Shown: positions 19,544 to 30,630 of the stretch, one piece after another
Layout of the letters: the number at the start of each line of letters is the position of its first letter
Position numbering within the stretch: the stretch's first letter is position 1
Assembly (NCBI GenBank): GCA_963662585.1
Contig: OY759729.1
Coordinates: 2,336,001-2,400,000, forward strand
From: Candidatus Cloacimonadales bacterium
GTDB lineage: Bacteria; Cloacimonadota; Cloacimonadia; Cloacimonadales; JAFGVF01
Reading direction: 5' to 3'
Length of the DNA: 64,000 nucleotides
Program-made: the position numbers and the translations under genes
Notes under the pieces: model-generated
Seen by the model: only the letters and a program-made list of their open reading frames with translations
Told to the model about the DNA's origin: nothing
Databases searched by the model: none

Positions 19544-20251
19544 TTATCTATTTACTAGAGATTTGAAATAGGCAGGAACTTCTGTTTCGAATGTCATTTT
19601 CTTTTTCGTAAAGGGATGTATTATTGATAAAGATGCAGAATGAAGCATGAGTCTTTTTACTCCAGCATCCTTTCCTCCATAGTTTTTATCTCCTGCTACA
19701 GGAAAGCCCTTTTCCGAAAAATGAACCCTTATTTGATTTTTTCTTCCTGTAAAAAGTTCAATTTCCAAAAGACTAAACTTTTGAGTTTCTTTAAGGACTT
19801 TATAACCTGTTTTAGCAAGCTTACCTTTTGTAGGATCATTAACAGAATAGACTTTATGAGCAGTATTTTCTGTAAGATAGGAAGTAATAACTCCTTCTTT
19901 CTCAGCAAGTGTTCCGCATACTACAGCATAGTACTTTTTATTGAATCCCTGCCATTCATCTTGCAGAAAGCGCTTAGCATTTTCATTTTTAGCAAAAACA
20001 AGAAGTCCAGAAGTATCTCTATCAAGACGATGTACGATGAATACTTGTTCTCTAGATTTCTGATTACCTTTTCTTACATACAAATTTAATCGGTAATAAG
20101 CTGTGTTATCTTTAATTCTTTCAGTACTTATTGTTAAGAGTCCGCTAGTTTTATCCACCACTATAATATCTTTATCTTCATAGATAATATCAAGTCCTCT
20201 AGGTTGGTGTCTTTTGGCTGGACTTTTAAAACTTGTTTTATTATTCTGCAT
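19544..20251 (-). CDS. RluA-family RNA pseudouridine synthase
   Basis: VHRLDRDTSGLL, TGRKNQIRVH, RLMLHS. Confidence 0.93.
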   Translation of the reverse strand: MQNNKTSFKSPAKRHQPRGLDIIYEDKDIIVVDKTSGLLTISTERIKDNTAYYRLNLYVRKGNQKSREQVFIVHRLDRDTSGLLVFAKNENAKRFLQDEWQGFNKKYYAVVCGTLAEKEGVITSYLTENTAHKVYSVNDPTKGKLAKTGYKVLKETQKFSLLEIELFTGRKNQIRVHFSEKGFPVAGDKNYGGKDAGVKRLMLHSASLSIIHPFTKKKMTFETEVPAYFKSLVNR

Positions 20252-20548
20252 TATGTTTCCTTAAAGTTATTGAAATAGCTTGGGTAATAGTTTAGCTATT
20301 AGTATTTTATACTGATAGCATAGGCTATTCTGTCAAGTAAGAAAAAGCTATTTTAAATCCTACTAATGAAATTAAGCACTTTAGTGAGTAATCTTTCAGT
20401 ATTAATCTAGTCTTAATCTTTACTGGTCCTTTGCTCTTTCTATGCTTCTTCTCTCACAACTTGGATTAAGTTCAAATAATGTTTGTATTGAGTGAGAAGG
20501 AGCAGGGGATGAGAGTTGAATGATAGTTTTATCACTTGCTAGTTAAGC

Positions 20549-23500
20549 TTAGAATGAAATAAATCCACAAAGTACTTTAAAAATTACTGCGATTAAACCA
20601 GGAATAACCCCCAAAAAACCATATCTAACTAGCTTCTTAAAGTAATCTTCAGCAAATGAATAAAAAAGATCTTTAATCTCTTTTGGTTCCATTTTATTAA
20701 TCTCATCTTTAACAACTTTCTCTATATCAATGGAAGCAATAGCTTCATTGAGATTATCTCCTAGGGAATCAAAAACTGATTCTAGTAGGTAATGAAGAAG
20801 TTCTTTTTTTGTTTCAATATCAATTAATGAATTGGCATTCAAGAAGATATCTTTTATAAAAGGGGATATTCTTTCTTCTAAAACAGCAGAATCTTTTTCT
20901 AACAGCTTATTAATAAATTCTTCAAGATCATTTTTCATAATCTCTTCATCATATAAGTCTTCGTTTTGGGTTAATCTGAATAAGATATCTTTAATTAACT
21001 CCTTAAGAGATATCTTTATTCTTTCATCAGATTTGATAAGGGTAAGGAGCTTACTTATTTCCTTACTGAGATTTATATCTTTAAGTAATTCATGATAGTA
21101 GGTATTTGCTGAAATGTCTGTTATGATATCTTCAATAATGGACTTCGACAGAGTGGCTATTTTCTCAGAAGAGTATTCGATACTGTCTTTTATCTGATCA
21201 ACTAAGAACTTAATTAGAGGTGATAGAATCGCTAGCAAATCTCTAAGATTTTTGATATTTATAATTTTAAGTAGTTCCTCTAGTGGGATATCTGCAATAT
21301 CAGTAATTAAATCTATGGCTATTTTAGTGATAGATCTTTTGATCTCATTATTGTTCAAGGTCTCTTTAATATTTAATTCTAGAGAATTTAAGTTGAGTAT
21401 TTGCTCACTAAAACCGATATCCTTTAACTTATAATCTAATACTGGAAGTAGGATACTAAGAATATCTTGCTCTTTTGATTTCAGAAACAGGGGAAGTTTG
21501 TTATTTATGATATCATCAACGATGGGACTTACTTTTGAGGAAAATGCCCCGAAGGGAAGATCTTCTTTAATATTTGTTTTAATTTCCTCTTTATTGCCTT
21601 CAGTTTCTTGGCTGATAATTTCGAGCAGATATGATATATTCTTGGTAAGCAAATCAGGGAAAACACCATTGAATAGTTCTTTCAATCTGTTATTTGGATT
21701 GAATTCCTGTTTGTTTAAATAATCAACAAGCGGTTTTACTAAGGTATCTTTATCTATGTGATCTTGAAGTAAGTCACTTAGTTTTTGGGAAATATTGTTA
21801 ACAAAAGCTTTGCCTACTAAATCCTTTAGAGACTTTTCTGAAACATAGTTTTTATACTCTTTCTTATAGTTGTTAGCTAATTTTATTAATTTATCATAGT
21901 CTAACTCATCTGCAATAGTTTCAAATAAGATATCAATTTTATTACCAAGAAGTTTAACAATAACCTTACTTTGCTGGCCAATCTTTCGATTAAAGATATT
22001 ATCCTCTATGTAATTATGAATTTTATCTGTATAATTACTAGTATAGATCTTATCAACAATCCATTTGTTAATATGAGGCAGTGAATCATCTAAAGACTCT
22101 TTTAAAATACTTTTAATTTTATTAGTTATTAGGATGGCAAGTTTATCAGAATTTAGTCTTGTTAACTCTTGAAGTTCTTGAAATGAAAAAGAGGTTAGCC
22201 TTTCCAGAAAATCACCTTCTCTAAGCAAAACATCAATTATCGCAAAGTTATTATCTGCAATTAGATTGCTTAATGATTCAAGAGCTGAAGCTCTCTCTTT
22301 GTAATATAGCTCTTTAATAGAATCATCACTGAGAAGTTTAGTTTTTACAAAGCTAGAGAGATTTATAGCAAACTTTGGTTTTTGAGCAGGAACAACACCA
22401 ACAAAGGGAGATACAAAAGGTAAAATCTTAATCCAAGGTTTGTAAGGTTTAAAGAGCATCCAGATTGCAATTTGATTAGTTAAAGCACCTGCGAAACCAT
22501 AAACTAGAATAGACATGCCTAATGTTATGTATGGATAAGGTAAAGCTACTGTTGCTCCTGCATAGCCAACACTCATTATAGCTCCTAATACTGCACCAAT
22601 AGTATTAATAGGCCTGAGCTCTTTTCCCATAAACTCTTCAACCATTGCACTTATTTCTTGAGGATTGGATTTACTCAGCTCATTCCTAGCAATAGCTGAG
22701 ATATTGTTTTTTAGAACATCTTTCAAATTATTATGAATTAGGGCATAGGTAGCTTTTTCAATGTTTGTGAAAGATTTCTCATTATTAATTTTAGAATAAA
22801 GCAAGTTTAGTTTGAATTGCTTTATTTCTTGCCATAATTTAGATAAATCTACTTCTAACTTAGGCTTAAGATTTAAGTCTGAGACTAATATATGATTTAA
22901 CAGTGGATATTCTTTTCTTAAGATATTCTTTAGTTTGCCTGCATCAAGTTTTATGTTAATATCAGAATCACTTAAGAAATTAGCTAGTTTGGTATCTTTA
23001 ATATCTTCAATAAATTCAAGTATTTTCTTAGTAATGCTGTCTTTAAGTTTTCCATTATATAAATACTCAGATTTGTATTTCTCAAGTAAATTAGCAAGTA
23101 TTTCTCTCTTTATAATTGATAAATCAAAGGAGAATACTTCTCCAAGCTCTTTAGCTAAGAAATCATCAATGAAGGATATATTATCGATTGAAAGATCTTG
23201 CAGATTCCTTTGCAGTAACTTAGTTAGGATAGGACTAGTTATTATTTTTTCATCTCTGAGTGTTTTAACAATATTCCCCAAGGTGTTAGTCCTAAGATAG
23301 GTAACTAACTGATTAGTCAGTATTCTTGGAGCCCCCTCTCCATACTCCTCAATAGAAGCTTTTATTTTATCTACTATGGAGAATTTCCCAGCAAGATTTT
23401 TAATGAAAATATCTATTAATGACTTAAGAATCTTTGTGAAAATTCCCTTTTGAAACTCTTCATCTATTGCTTGATTAACTAGAGACTCTATTTCACTTTT

Positions 23501-24478
23501 ACTTGAAGTAATTAAGTCAATAACTTTGGCTAGAAGATCAGGCAGTTTATCTATAATGAATCCTTCTAATGAGTTGAGGAAATCATCATCTAATAATTGG
23601 CTTAGAGTCATAGAAATCTTCTCTAACTCATCAAGGATATTATCTATTAAAGCTACTAACAATTTACTGCCATCTTTTGAATTGATAATAGCTACTACTC
23701 TTTTGAAGAGTTCTTTAGATAGATTATCAGGATTATTAATAAAGTCAGCTACTTTCATCTTTTTAAGTTTAGTTTCAAGATTCAAAATCACCTTATCAAG
23801 ATCCATAATTTCCCAAAGTTCCTGGTAAGATTTATTTACTAAATCATCATAATTGGAAAAGTCTACTTTGTTAATTAGAGAGATTGTATTATCAGTTAAT
23901 GAGTGTAGGGCGCGTTCAGAAACTAAGGAGTTAATACTTTGAGAACTTAGGAATGTATAAACTAGCTTATTAATATCAGATTCATAGCTTTTAAGATTAT
24001 TAAATACTTCTTTAGCAGGATGATTAAGAATATAATTAAACTCTTCTTCCGAAATAATGTCAGCAAGAGACTTATTCTTTATTATCTCCATAAGGGCTAG
24101 TAAGAGAGAATCTGAATTATCTTGAAAATAAGCATTTATGTTTTCAAAACTTTTATCAATATTGAGAAGTGAATCTAAGGAAATAGCACCAGAAGTATTT
24201 GGTAATTCTATCTTAATTGTGTCTGTTATTATCTTTCTAAGTATCTCTCTAAATTTGTCAGAATCAAGTTCATTTATTAGTGTTTTATGGGTGATTAAAT
24301 CTTTCTCTACTAAATCAGACATATTCTTGATGAAATCTTCATAGCGGTCTTCGATTACGCCACCCATTTTCCAGTATTTCTTAAAGAGCATCTTAATTGC
24401 GTAATTATTTGTTAAATAGCCTGTTATGCCACCCAAGAAGAAATCTATTATATAATTTAGTATCATTAAAAACCTCAT
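20549..24478 (-). CDS. very large DUF445-family membrane protein with two tandem DUF445 units
   Basis: GGITGYLTNNYAIKMLF at the N-terminus, ELRPINTIGAVLG then GALTNQIAIWMLFKPY at mid-protein, LVRYGFLGVIPGLI at the C-terminus; helical linkers between. Confidence 0.8.
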   Translation of the reverse strand: MRFLMILNYIIDFFLGGITGYLTNNYAIKMLFKKYWKMGGVIEDRYEDFIKNMSDLVEKDLITHKTLINELDSDKFREILRKIITDTIKIELPNTSGAISLDSLLNIDKSFENINAYFQDNSDSLLLALMEIIKNKSLADIISEEEFNYILNHPAKEVFNNLKSYESDINKLVYTFLSSQSINSLVSERALHSLTDNTISLINKVDFSNYDDLVNKSYQELWEIMDLDKVILNLETKLKKMKVADFINNPDNLSKELFKRVVAIINSKDGSKLLVALIDNILDELEKISMTLSQLLDDDFLNSLEGFIIDKLPDLLAKVIDLITSSKSEIESLVNQAIDEEFQKGIFTKILKSLIDIFIKNLAGKFSIVDKIKASIEEYGEGAPRILTNQLVTYLRTNTLGNIVKTLRDEKIITSPILTKLLQRNLQDLSIDNISFIDDFLAKELGEVFSFDLSIIKREILANLLEKYKSEYLYNGKLKDSITKKILEFIEDIKDTKLANFLSDSDINIKLDAGKLKNILRKEYPLLNHILVSDLNLKPKLEVDLSKLWQEIKQFKLNLLYSKINNEKSFTNIEKATYALIHNNLKDVLKNNISAIARNELSKSNPQEISAMVEEFMGKELRPINTIGAVLGAIMSVGYAGATVALPYPYITLGMSILVYGFAGALTNQIAIWMLFKPYKPWIKILPFVSPFVGVVPAQKPKFAINLSSFVKTKLLSDDSIKELYYKERASALESLSNLIADNNFAIIDVLLREGDFLERLTSFSFQELQELTRLNSDKLAILITNKIKSILKESLDDSLPHINKWIVDKIYTSNYTDKIHNYIEDNIFNRKIGQQSKVIVKLLGNKIDILFETIADELDYDKLIKLANNYKKEYKNYVSEKSLKDLVGKAFVNNISQKLSDLLQDHIDKDTLVKPLVDYLNKQEFNPNNRLKELFNGVFPDLLTKNISYLLEIISQETEGNKEEIKTNIKEDLPFGAFSSKVSPIVDDIINNKLPLFLKSKEQDILSILLPVLDYKLKDIGFSEQILNLNSLELNIKETLNNNEIKRSITKIAIDLITDIADIPLEELLKIINIKNLRDLLAILSPLIKFLVDQIKDSIEYSSEKIATLSKSIIEDIITDISANTYYHELLKDINLSKEISKLLTLIKSDERIKISLKELIKDILFRLTQNEDLYDEEIMKNDLEEFINKLLEKDSAVLEERISPFIKDIFLNANSLIDIETKKELLHYLLESVFDSLGDNLNEAIASIDIEKVVKDEINKMEPKEIKDLFYSFAEDYFKKLVRYGFLGVIPGLIAVIFKVLCGFISF

Positions 24479-24729
24479 TTATTGCTTTAATATAAGTAAC
24501 TATCAACATAAATATTATGCTTCTTATTATGTCAAGCTGGAATAAATGATGATGAAAATTGTAAGAATACTAGTTGAGGGAGAAGTCTGTTCACTTTTTT
24601 ATCTTGTTCAAATAAAATGAACAGAGAGAAATAATGAACACAAAAATAATAATCTGCTAATATGAAGTACAATGAATAGCTAGATACAATAATAACAAAG
24701 TTTAAAGTTATAGAATAAATAATTAATCC

Positions 24730-24785
24730 TTGACACTTTCTCATAAGCAATTACTTTTTGTTCATTATGTTGATTATGTTCATTT
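24730..24785 (+). promoter_or_regulatory. sigma70 promoter with three 9-bp direct repeats (putative antitoxin operator)
   Basis: TTGACA 24730, TACTTT 24752, then tgttcatta/tgttgatta/tgttcattt at 24759-24785. Confidence 0.6.
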
Positions 24786-24804
24786 TTAATAAGAAGGTTC
24801 AATT

Positions 24805-25824
24805 ATGAAAAATTCTGAGAAATCACTAATTTCATTATGTATTGAAGTTGCAAACAAAGCACTAGGAAGTAGATTGAAGATAAAGCCGGTTGATAGTTCT
24901 TTGTCAGGAATAAACTTTGTGTATGGACTCAATTCTTACTATTTTAATACTGAGGTTATTAAGAATATCTCAAGTAATATTCAAATACTTAGACTAAACA
25001 ATAAGCTTAATAATTATGATACTATTATTTTTAGTAATCAAATTTCTCCATCATTACATGAATATATGGTTGAGAATAGATTAAATTATATTGACTTAGC
25101 AGGAAACATGTTCATTGATAGAGATAGTATTCTGATTAATATTAATGGTAAGAAGATCATGAATAGTGCAAATCTACAAGATAAAAATAGACTAGTGTTT
25201 TATAGTTCAAGTTTGAAGATTATCTTTCATCTCTTACATAATAAAGAATTCTGTCAAAACAATTACAGATATATTAGTGCAGTTACAGAAGTTTCATTAG
25301 GTACAATCACCAAGACAATCAAAAAACTTCAGTCTTTTGATATATTGAACAAGGATAAAGGACTGATTCAGCCTAAAAAACTACTTGAAATGTGGATTGA
25401 AAATTATGCTAGGAATATGCGTAGTAAATTAATCATTGGTAAATATTCTTTTACCAAAAAGTTTGATAATGCTGAGATAATAAACAGACTCGGTGATTTA
25501 TCTCAGTCATTTATAGGAAATGAAATGTCAGCAGAAATATTAGACAACTACTTTCAATCAAAAGTTTTATCTATATACGCTAAAGATAATGTTTCAGATA
25601 TTATAAAAAGATTATATTTAAAACCAGATCCTAATGGTGAAATAGAAATCTTAGAGATGTTTTGGAATATTGATGAAATAAAAAACTCCAATTTTAGGCA
25701 AGCTAGTCACTTCAAGGATAAACTTGTTCCATTACTCTTGATTTATACAGATTTAATAAACTCAAATAATTCTAGAGCAATTTCTGAGGCGAAAAGACTT
25801 GGTGAGAAATATGATATCTTATAA
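24805..25824 (+). CDS. type IV toxin-antitoxin antitoxin, AbiEi family
   Basis: NYIDLAGN, HTH (YRYISAVTEVSLGTITK), C-terminal LVPLLLIYTDL...SRAISEA. Confidence 0.8.
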   Translation: MKNSEKSLISLCIEVANKALGSRLKIKPVDSSLSGINFVYGLNSYYFNTEVIKNISSNIQILRLNNKLNNYDTIIFSNQISPSLHEYMVENRLNYIDLAGNMFIDRDSILININGKKIMNSANLQDKNRLVFYSSSLKIIFHLLHNKEFCQNNYRYISAVTEVSLGTITKTIKKLQSFDILNKDKGLIQPKKLLEMWIENYARNMRSKLIIGKYSFTKKFDNAEIINRLGDLSQSFIGNEMSAEILDNYFQSKVLSIYAKDNVSDIIKRLYLKPDPNGEIEILEMFWNIDEIKNSNFRQASHFKDKLVPLLLIYTDLINSNNSRAISEAKRLGEKYDIL

Positions 25825-26629
25825 ACTTCCTAATGATAATTCAAAAGAAATAGAACTTATTGAAGCCTTAATTGATATTATTTCAAAATACAAATCAAAC
25901 TCGTTACTAGTTGGGGCTATGGCTAGAGATATTGTTCTTACAGAAGTATATCATTATTCTGGAGCTCAAAGGAAAACAATTGATTATGATCTTGCAGTTA
26001 TTGTTGAATCTTGGGAACACTATCATAACATACTGACTGCGATAGAAGAGATTGGATTTCAAAGAGAAAAGAATACTCAGAGGTTATATTCTTCTGATTT
26101 TATAATTGATGTCATTCCAATTGGTAAAGTAGAAGTTGATTCCACAATAAGCTGGCCACCTGATTTTGATATAGTTATGAATGTTATTGGTTTTCACGAA
26201 GTATATGAATCAGCCTTAATTTTTTCACTAGAAAATGGGAAGCAATTTAAAATAGCATCTTTAGCAGGATTGGTTATTCTTAAGCTGATTGCGTGGTCGG
26301 AGAGAAGGATGGATACAAATAAAGATGCCGAAGATCTATTATTTATTCTGAATAATTATAATGATTTTGATTCCTCATATCTGTTCGAGGAAAATAGTGA
26401 CTTACTTACTAGTAAAGGTTATGACTACCAAGTTGCTGGAGCTGTTGTTCTAGCTCGTCATGTGCTCAAAGTTCTAAATTCAAATGTTAAGTTACAAGAA
26501 AAGCTCATATCAATCTTAGATGTTAATTTAAAGTCTCTTGAAGAATGCAAACTTCTCAAAAACTCAATAAATAAAAGCAATGATTTTTCTTTACTATATT
26601 CATTTAATCAAGAACTCAAAAAAATCTAA
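25811..26629 (+). CDS. AbiEii/AbiGii-type nucleotidyltransferase toxin
   Basis: LVGAMARD, RKTIDYDLAV, IDVIPIG, LVILKLIAW..R..KDAED; overlaps the antitoxin stop. Confidence 0.82.
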   Translation: MISYKLPNDNSKEIELIEALIDIISKYKSNSLLVGAMARDIVLTEVYHYSGAQRKTIDYDLAVIVESWEHYHNILTAIEEIGFQREKNTQRLYSSDFIIDVIPIGKVEVDSTISWPPDFDIVMNVIGFHEVYESALIFSLENGKQFKIASLAGLVILKLIAWSERRMDTNKDAEDLLFILNNYNDFDSSYLFEENSDLLTSKGYDYQVAGAVVLARHVLKVLNSNVKLQEKLISILDVNLKSLEECKLLKNSINKSNDFSLLYSFNQELKKI

Positions 26630-26721
26630 AGAGCTTTCTCATAACATAAGGCACAAAATATTTTTCAATAAAATAGTTGACGACTCCCATTATTACTTAT
26701 TTTTAAGTTATGGAGGGTAAA

Positions 26722-29721
26722 ATGGATATAAAAATAATTCCTTTTGAAGACAAATATGCGAGATCTTTATCTACTATGTGGAGTGAAAGTAGTGAAGGTT
26801 GGAATGGCTCTGATATGGCTTTTTCAGTTGAATCAATAATTAATGATGAGAAAAAGGCCCATGTGAACACAAATCTTGCAGTAGTCGGTGACAGGGTAGT
26901 GGGATATTGCAATTTGAAAGATGATATCATTCCAGGTGCTTATTATATTGGTATGCTCAATGTTATCCCTGCAATGCATGGCCATAAAATAGGTAAGAAG
27001 CTTATTCTTAAAGCTCTAGAAAAAACTATTGAGGATAAAATTGGTCGTCTTGATCTATATACCTGGAGTGGAAATACTTTAGCTGTCCCTTTGTATAAAA
27101 AGACAGGTTTCTTATGGAGAGATAATCCCAATGGCGTGCATCTTGTTAACTTTATTCCTTTTTTGCTTACTCATGATTTTTTTAAACCTTATTTTACTAA
27201 AATAGACTGGTATAAAGATAGAGTTGATGAAATAATCGTTAAACCTGATGGTAGAGAAATAAATAACTTATATGTTTATGAATATAATTGGCAGAATAAA
27301 GATGAGAAATTAACAGTCGTTTTTGAAGATAATGGTAAGTCTATTTGTGGTTTTGAGTGTAATGATTTTTCTCTATCTTTATCGATTGATAATATGAAGC
27401 TTCCTATAGGAAAAGATCATCTTGCTAAAGTAACAATTACTTCCAAGAAAGATAAGGATATTTCTGTTAAAATTACTGGCATCTCCAATGATTATGTTAA
27501 TCTAACAAGCGAGACCTCTTTCACTTTAAGAGGATCACAAGAGATAGAACTACCATTTTCTCTAAATGCTATTGATGATAAATACAGCAAACTTGCAAGC
27601 AAGCCTGCTGTTGGCTGTAATGTTGAAATTGATGGGAAACTTTTGCCTTTAGGGCTAGGTATTGAACCAACATACCCTCTACAATTACAGTTTGAACAAA
27701 TCGGAGCTTTACTCTTGAAAGGCTCCGAAAGAGAAATTCTTCTTTTCTGCCAAAACAATTTACAGGAAGACATAGAAGTTGAGTTAGATTTTTCCAATAT
27801 TGCAGTAGTTTACCCAGATAAATTAGTGTTAAAGATAAAAAAAGGGGATCAGGTTAAGACTACTCTGGCCATTATTGCTAATGAAACTTGTGCTGGAGAG
27901 ATTAAAATACCTTTAATATTTAAAGGGAGTGGAAAAGAAACAGAAGTTCCTCTTGATTTCAATATTCAAGTCTTAAATGACCCCAAATTAACTGACTTTA
28001 GAAATTCCATCAACTATGTTAGTAGAGAGAAAACCTTTCATTTGCAGAAAAGCGATAAATTTAAGCATAATATGTATAATAAGGGCATTGTAGTTTCACT
28101 GTCGAATCCTTTAATCGGGAAAGAATATATTAATGAATTTTCTGAAAGTGGTCCTATGTGCACTGAAGTAGTTTCAGGAGAAAATACTCTGAGGGAAGAG
28201 TTTGCCAGTAAGATTTATCCAGGACTTGTCTTTATCAGAAGAAGCTATTTCTTGAATAGTGAAAGTAAAGTCGTGTGGTCTGCTCGTAATGATGGTGAGA
28301 TAGATTATCAGGAAGTAGAGTTTTCTCAAGGAATTGCAGGCTATCCTTTTTATCAGCACTGCTATAAAGAGGGTATTTATACTCATAGCGAAAGCCAATA
28401 TGCTGATTTAAAAGCTGAAAATTTAACAGAACCATGGATATTGCTGAAAAGACTATATCACACTATTCTAGTTAAATTTACAGGACAAGATAATATTCAA
28501 ACTATTGGTTGGGAATGGAATCTTAAGAAGAAAATTAATAATCTTAAGGCCAATTCTGAAGTTGAATTATTATCTATTGATTATTACTTTAATCTATTCT
28601 TTGATTATAAGAGTGTTAGAAAATTCTTCTACAATAAAACTAACACGCTAGCAGAAATTAATGTCTTCAATCTAGAGAATAAAAGAGGCAATCCCCTTTA
28701 TAATATTGAAAGAGATAAGGAATTAGATTTTACTATTGAATCTAATGAAATTGAAAATGGATATGTTACTTGTAATGGAAGCAAAATTAATGTTTCTTCT
28801 AATGATAAAATTGGAACTATCAAAGCTATAGAAAAAGTTGGCTTAAATAAACACATAATAGATTTATACATTAATAATACTCACTTTCAAGAAGTTAAAT
28901 ATTTTCTTGGCTATCGTACAGGAGAACTAGCACATTCAGAAAAAGATGGTATCTTAACAGTAGATAATTCCACGCTAAAGTTTAAGTCTCATATTAGTAA
29001 GCATCCAGGGATATTTTCCTTAGAATATCAAGGAAAAGAAGTACTTGATATTTCCTATCCTGAACCACAAGCTCGCGCTTGGTTTAATCCCTGGTATGGT
29101 GGTATCTCTTATGCCGATTCATTTAATGGTCAGGGCAGGTTGATGGAACAAACTTCTACTCAAGAATATGTTGAAATAAGTGATAATTTTAATAATCAAT
29201 GGCAAGGAATTAAAATATCTACAAGCTATAATAAAAAAGATGATTGGAAAGATGGTTTCGTTCTTAATCAGTATTACTTAACTCTTCCCAATATCCCTCT
29301 TTTAGTATCTTTTGCTAAAATTGGCTTAGCAGATAAGTTTCTTACAAGTAATAACTATTTTGCTTTTTCCTTCAATACAGGTCTTGGGGATTTAACAGAC
29401 TATACAACAGAAGTTCTTATTGCTGATAAGTATTATAAGAGACATGATTGTGGCTTAAAATTAAATCAGTTCGAAGCAAGAGTTATTAAGATTTCTAAAA
29501 AAGATGACTTCTCTTTTATCTCTTTTTCTGCTGATAATAATTCTGAAACCAATGCTTTTGCCTCCGATTCTATTATATCTATAGATAAATATAATCATTT
29601 AAATAGAAGAAATACTCTGGATAATCATCTAATCTTTCCAAATCAATTCTTTATATTTACTGATGATTTTCCTAAGTATGAAGAGTTGAGTAAGATTAAT
29701 CAGATTAAGTTTTTTGAATAA
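26722..29721 (+). CDS. large GNAT-family N-acetyltransferase with long beta-rich C-terminal extension
   Basis: LNVIPAMHGHKIGKKL, LYTWSGNTLAVPLYKKTGF; GGAGGG RBS before ATG 26722. Confidence 0.85.
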   Translation: MDIKIIPFEDKYARSLSTMWSESSEGWNGSDMAFSVESIINDEKKAHVNTNLAVVGDRVVGYCNLKDDIIPGAYYIGMLNVIPAMHGHKIGKKLILKALEKTIEDKIGRLDLYTWSGNTLAVPLYKKTGFLWRDNPNGVHLVNFIPFLLTHDFFKPYFTKIDWYKDRVDEIIVKPDGREINNLYVYEYNWQNKDEKLTVVFEDNGKSICGFECNDFSLSLSIDNMKLPIGKDHLAKVTITSKKDKDISVKITGISNDYVNLTSETSFTLRGSQEIELPFSLNAIDDKYSKLASKPAVGCNVEIDGKLLPLGLGIEPTYPLQLQFEQIGALLLKGSEREILLFCQNNLQEDIEVELDFSNIAVVYPDKLVLKIKKGDQVKTTLAIIANETCAGEIKIPLIFKGSGKETEVPLDFNIQVLNDPKLTDFRNSINYVSREKTFHLQKSDKFKHNMYNKGIVVSLSNPLIGKEYINEFSESGPMCTEVVSGENTLREEFASKIYPGLVFIRRSYFLNSESKVVWSARNDGEIDYQEVEFSQGIAGYPFYQHCYKEGIYTHSESQYADLKAENLTEPWILLKRLYHTILVKFTGQDNIQTIGWEWNLKKKINNLKANSEVELLSIDYYFNLFFDYKSVRKFFYNKTNTLAEINVFNLENKRGNPLYNIERDKELDFTIESNEIENGYVTCNGSKINVSSNDKIGTIKAIEKVGLNKHIIDLYINNTHFQEVKYFLGYRTGELAHSEKDGILTVDNSTLKFKSHISKHPGIFSLEYQGKEVLDISYPEPQARAWFNPWYGGISYADSFNGQGRLMEQTSTQEYVEISDNFNNQWQGIKISTSYNKKDDWKDGFVLNQYYLTLPNIPLLVSFAKIGLADKFLTSNNYFAFSFNTGLGDLTDYTTEVLIADKYYKRHDCGLKLNQFEARVIKISKKDDFSFISFSADNNSETNAFASDSIISIDKYNHLNRRNTLDNHLIFPNQFFIFTDDFPKYEELSKINQIKFFE

Positions 29722-29731
29722 TTAATATAAT

Positions 29732-29756
29732 GTAGGGGCGAATAAACATTCGCCCT
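29732..29756 (+). repeat. GTAG-type REP-like palindrome
   Basis: GTAGGGGCGAATAAACATTCGCCCT just after a stop codon. Confidence 0.75.
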
Positions 29757-29782
29757 GAATTTTTTATTAAAAAGGAGTTCTC

Positions 29783-30073
29783 ATGAATATAGTCTTTTTC
29801 TTGATAAGTATCTTCTCAAATTTTATCTTTACAAAGCCGATTTGGGTGATTTCAAATTTGGCAATAACTCTTTTGTTTATTTCTTCACCTTTCCTAATTA
29901 AAGGCTACACTTACTCTGAAAATGTAAAATACTATTTATTAGCACAAGTTTCTTGCTTGTTAACATATCATTTTAGCAATTCTGTATATCAGGGAATACC
30001 TTTAGGCTTTTTAAAAATGCTTGCTTTCGTTATTGCTTTTTCATTTTTGATTAAGCTTGCTTTTAATAAGTAG
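29783..30073 (+). CDS. small membrane protein
   Basis: AAGGAG RBS; 96 aa, hydrophobic throughout. Confidence 0.6.
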   Translation: MNIVFFLISIFSNFIFTKPIWVISNLAITLLFISSPFLIKGYTYSENVKYYLLAQVSCLLTYHFSNSVYQGIPLGFLKMLAFVIAFSFLIKLAFNK

Positions 30074-30118
30074 TAAAGAACTTATATGGAAAATAATAAA
30101 TTATAAAGGGAGAATTTT

Positions 30119-30568
30119 ATGCTACTAGAACAAACTGGAGAGATTAGTTCATTCAGTCATATTTCCTTAAATGTTTCAGATTTAGAAACATCTTTATCTT
30201 TCTATTTGAAGACTTTATCTCCCTTAGGATTTAAAGTTGCAGATAAAGAAGATGGAGAGTATGCACGCTTGACTAATGGCATGAACTTTGTAATAGTACT
30301 GTGTCCTACAGACAAGAAATATCTTGATTATAAATACCATAGAAAGGCAATAGGACTTTCCCATTTTGCTATTTCTGTTTCCTCTAAACAATGTGTCGAT
30401 GACATGGAAAAACATCTGCTATCGCTCAATATCAAAACTTTGGGTGAGGGAAAGATTGAATTAGGTTACCGCCGTGGTTATTATTGCCTTCTCTTTGAAT
30501 GTCCAGATAGAATCATGATTGAAATAGTATGCCATGACCCTTTCTATTTCTCTTACGACAATGAATAA
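30119..30568 (+). CDS. VOC/glyoxalase family protein
   Basis: SHISLNVSDLETSLSFY, GLSHFA, GYYCLLFECPDRIMIE. Confidence 0.88.
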   Translation: MLLEQTGEISSFSHISLNVSDLETSLSFYLKTLSPLGFKVADKEDGEYARLTNGMNFVIVLCPTDKKYLDYKYHRKAIGLSHFAISVSSKQCVDDMEKHLLSLNIKTLGEGKIELGYRRGYYCLLFECPDRIMIEIVCHDPFYFSYDNE

Positions 30569-30630
30569 TAACTAAGATATAAGCATATAACACAAAAAAC
30601 CACACTTCAAGAAAATGAAAAGGAGCGATA

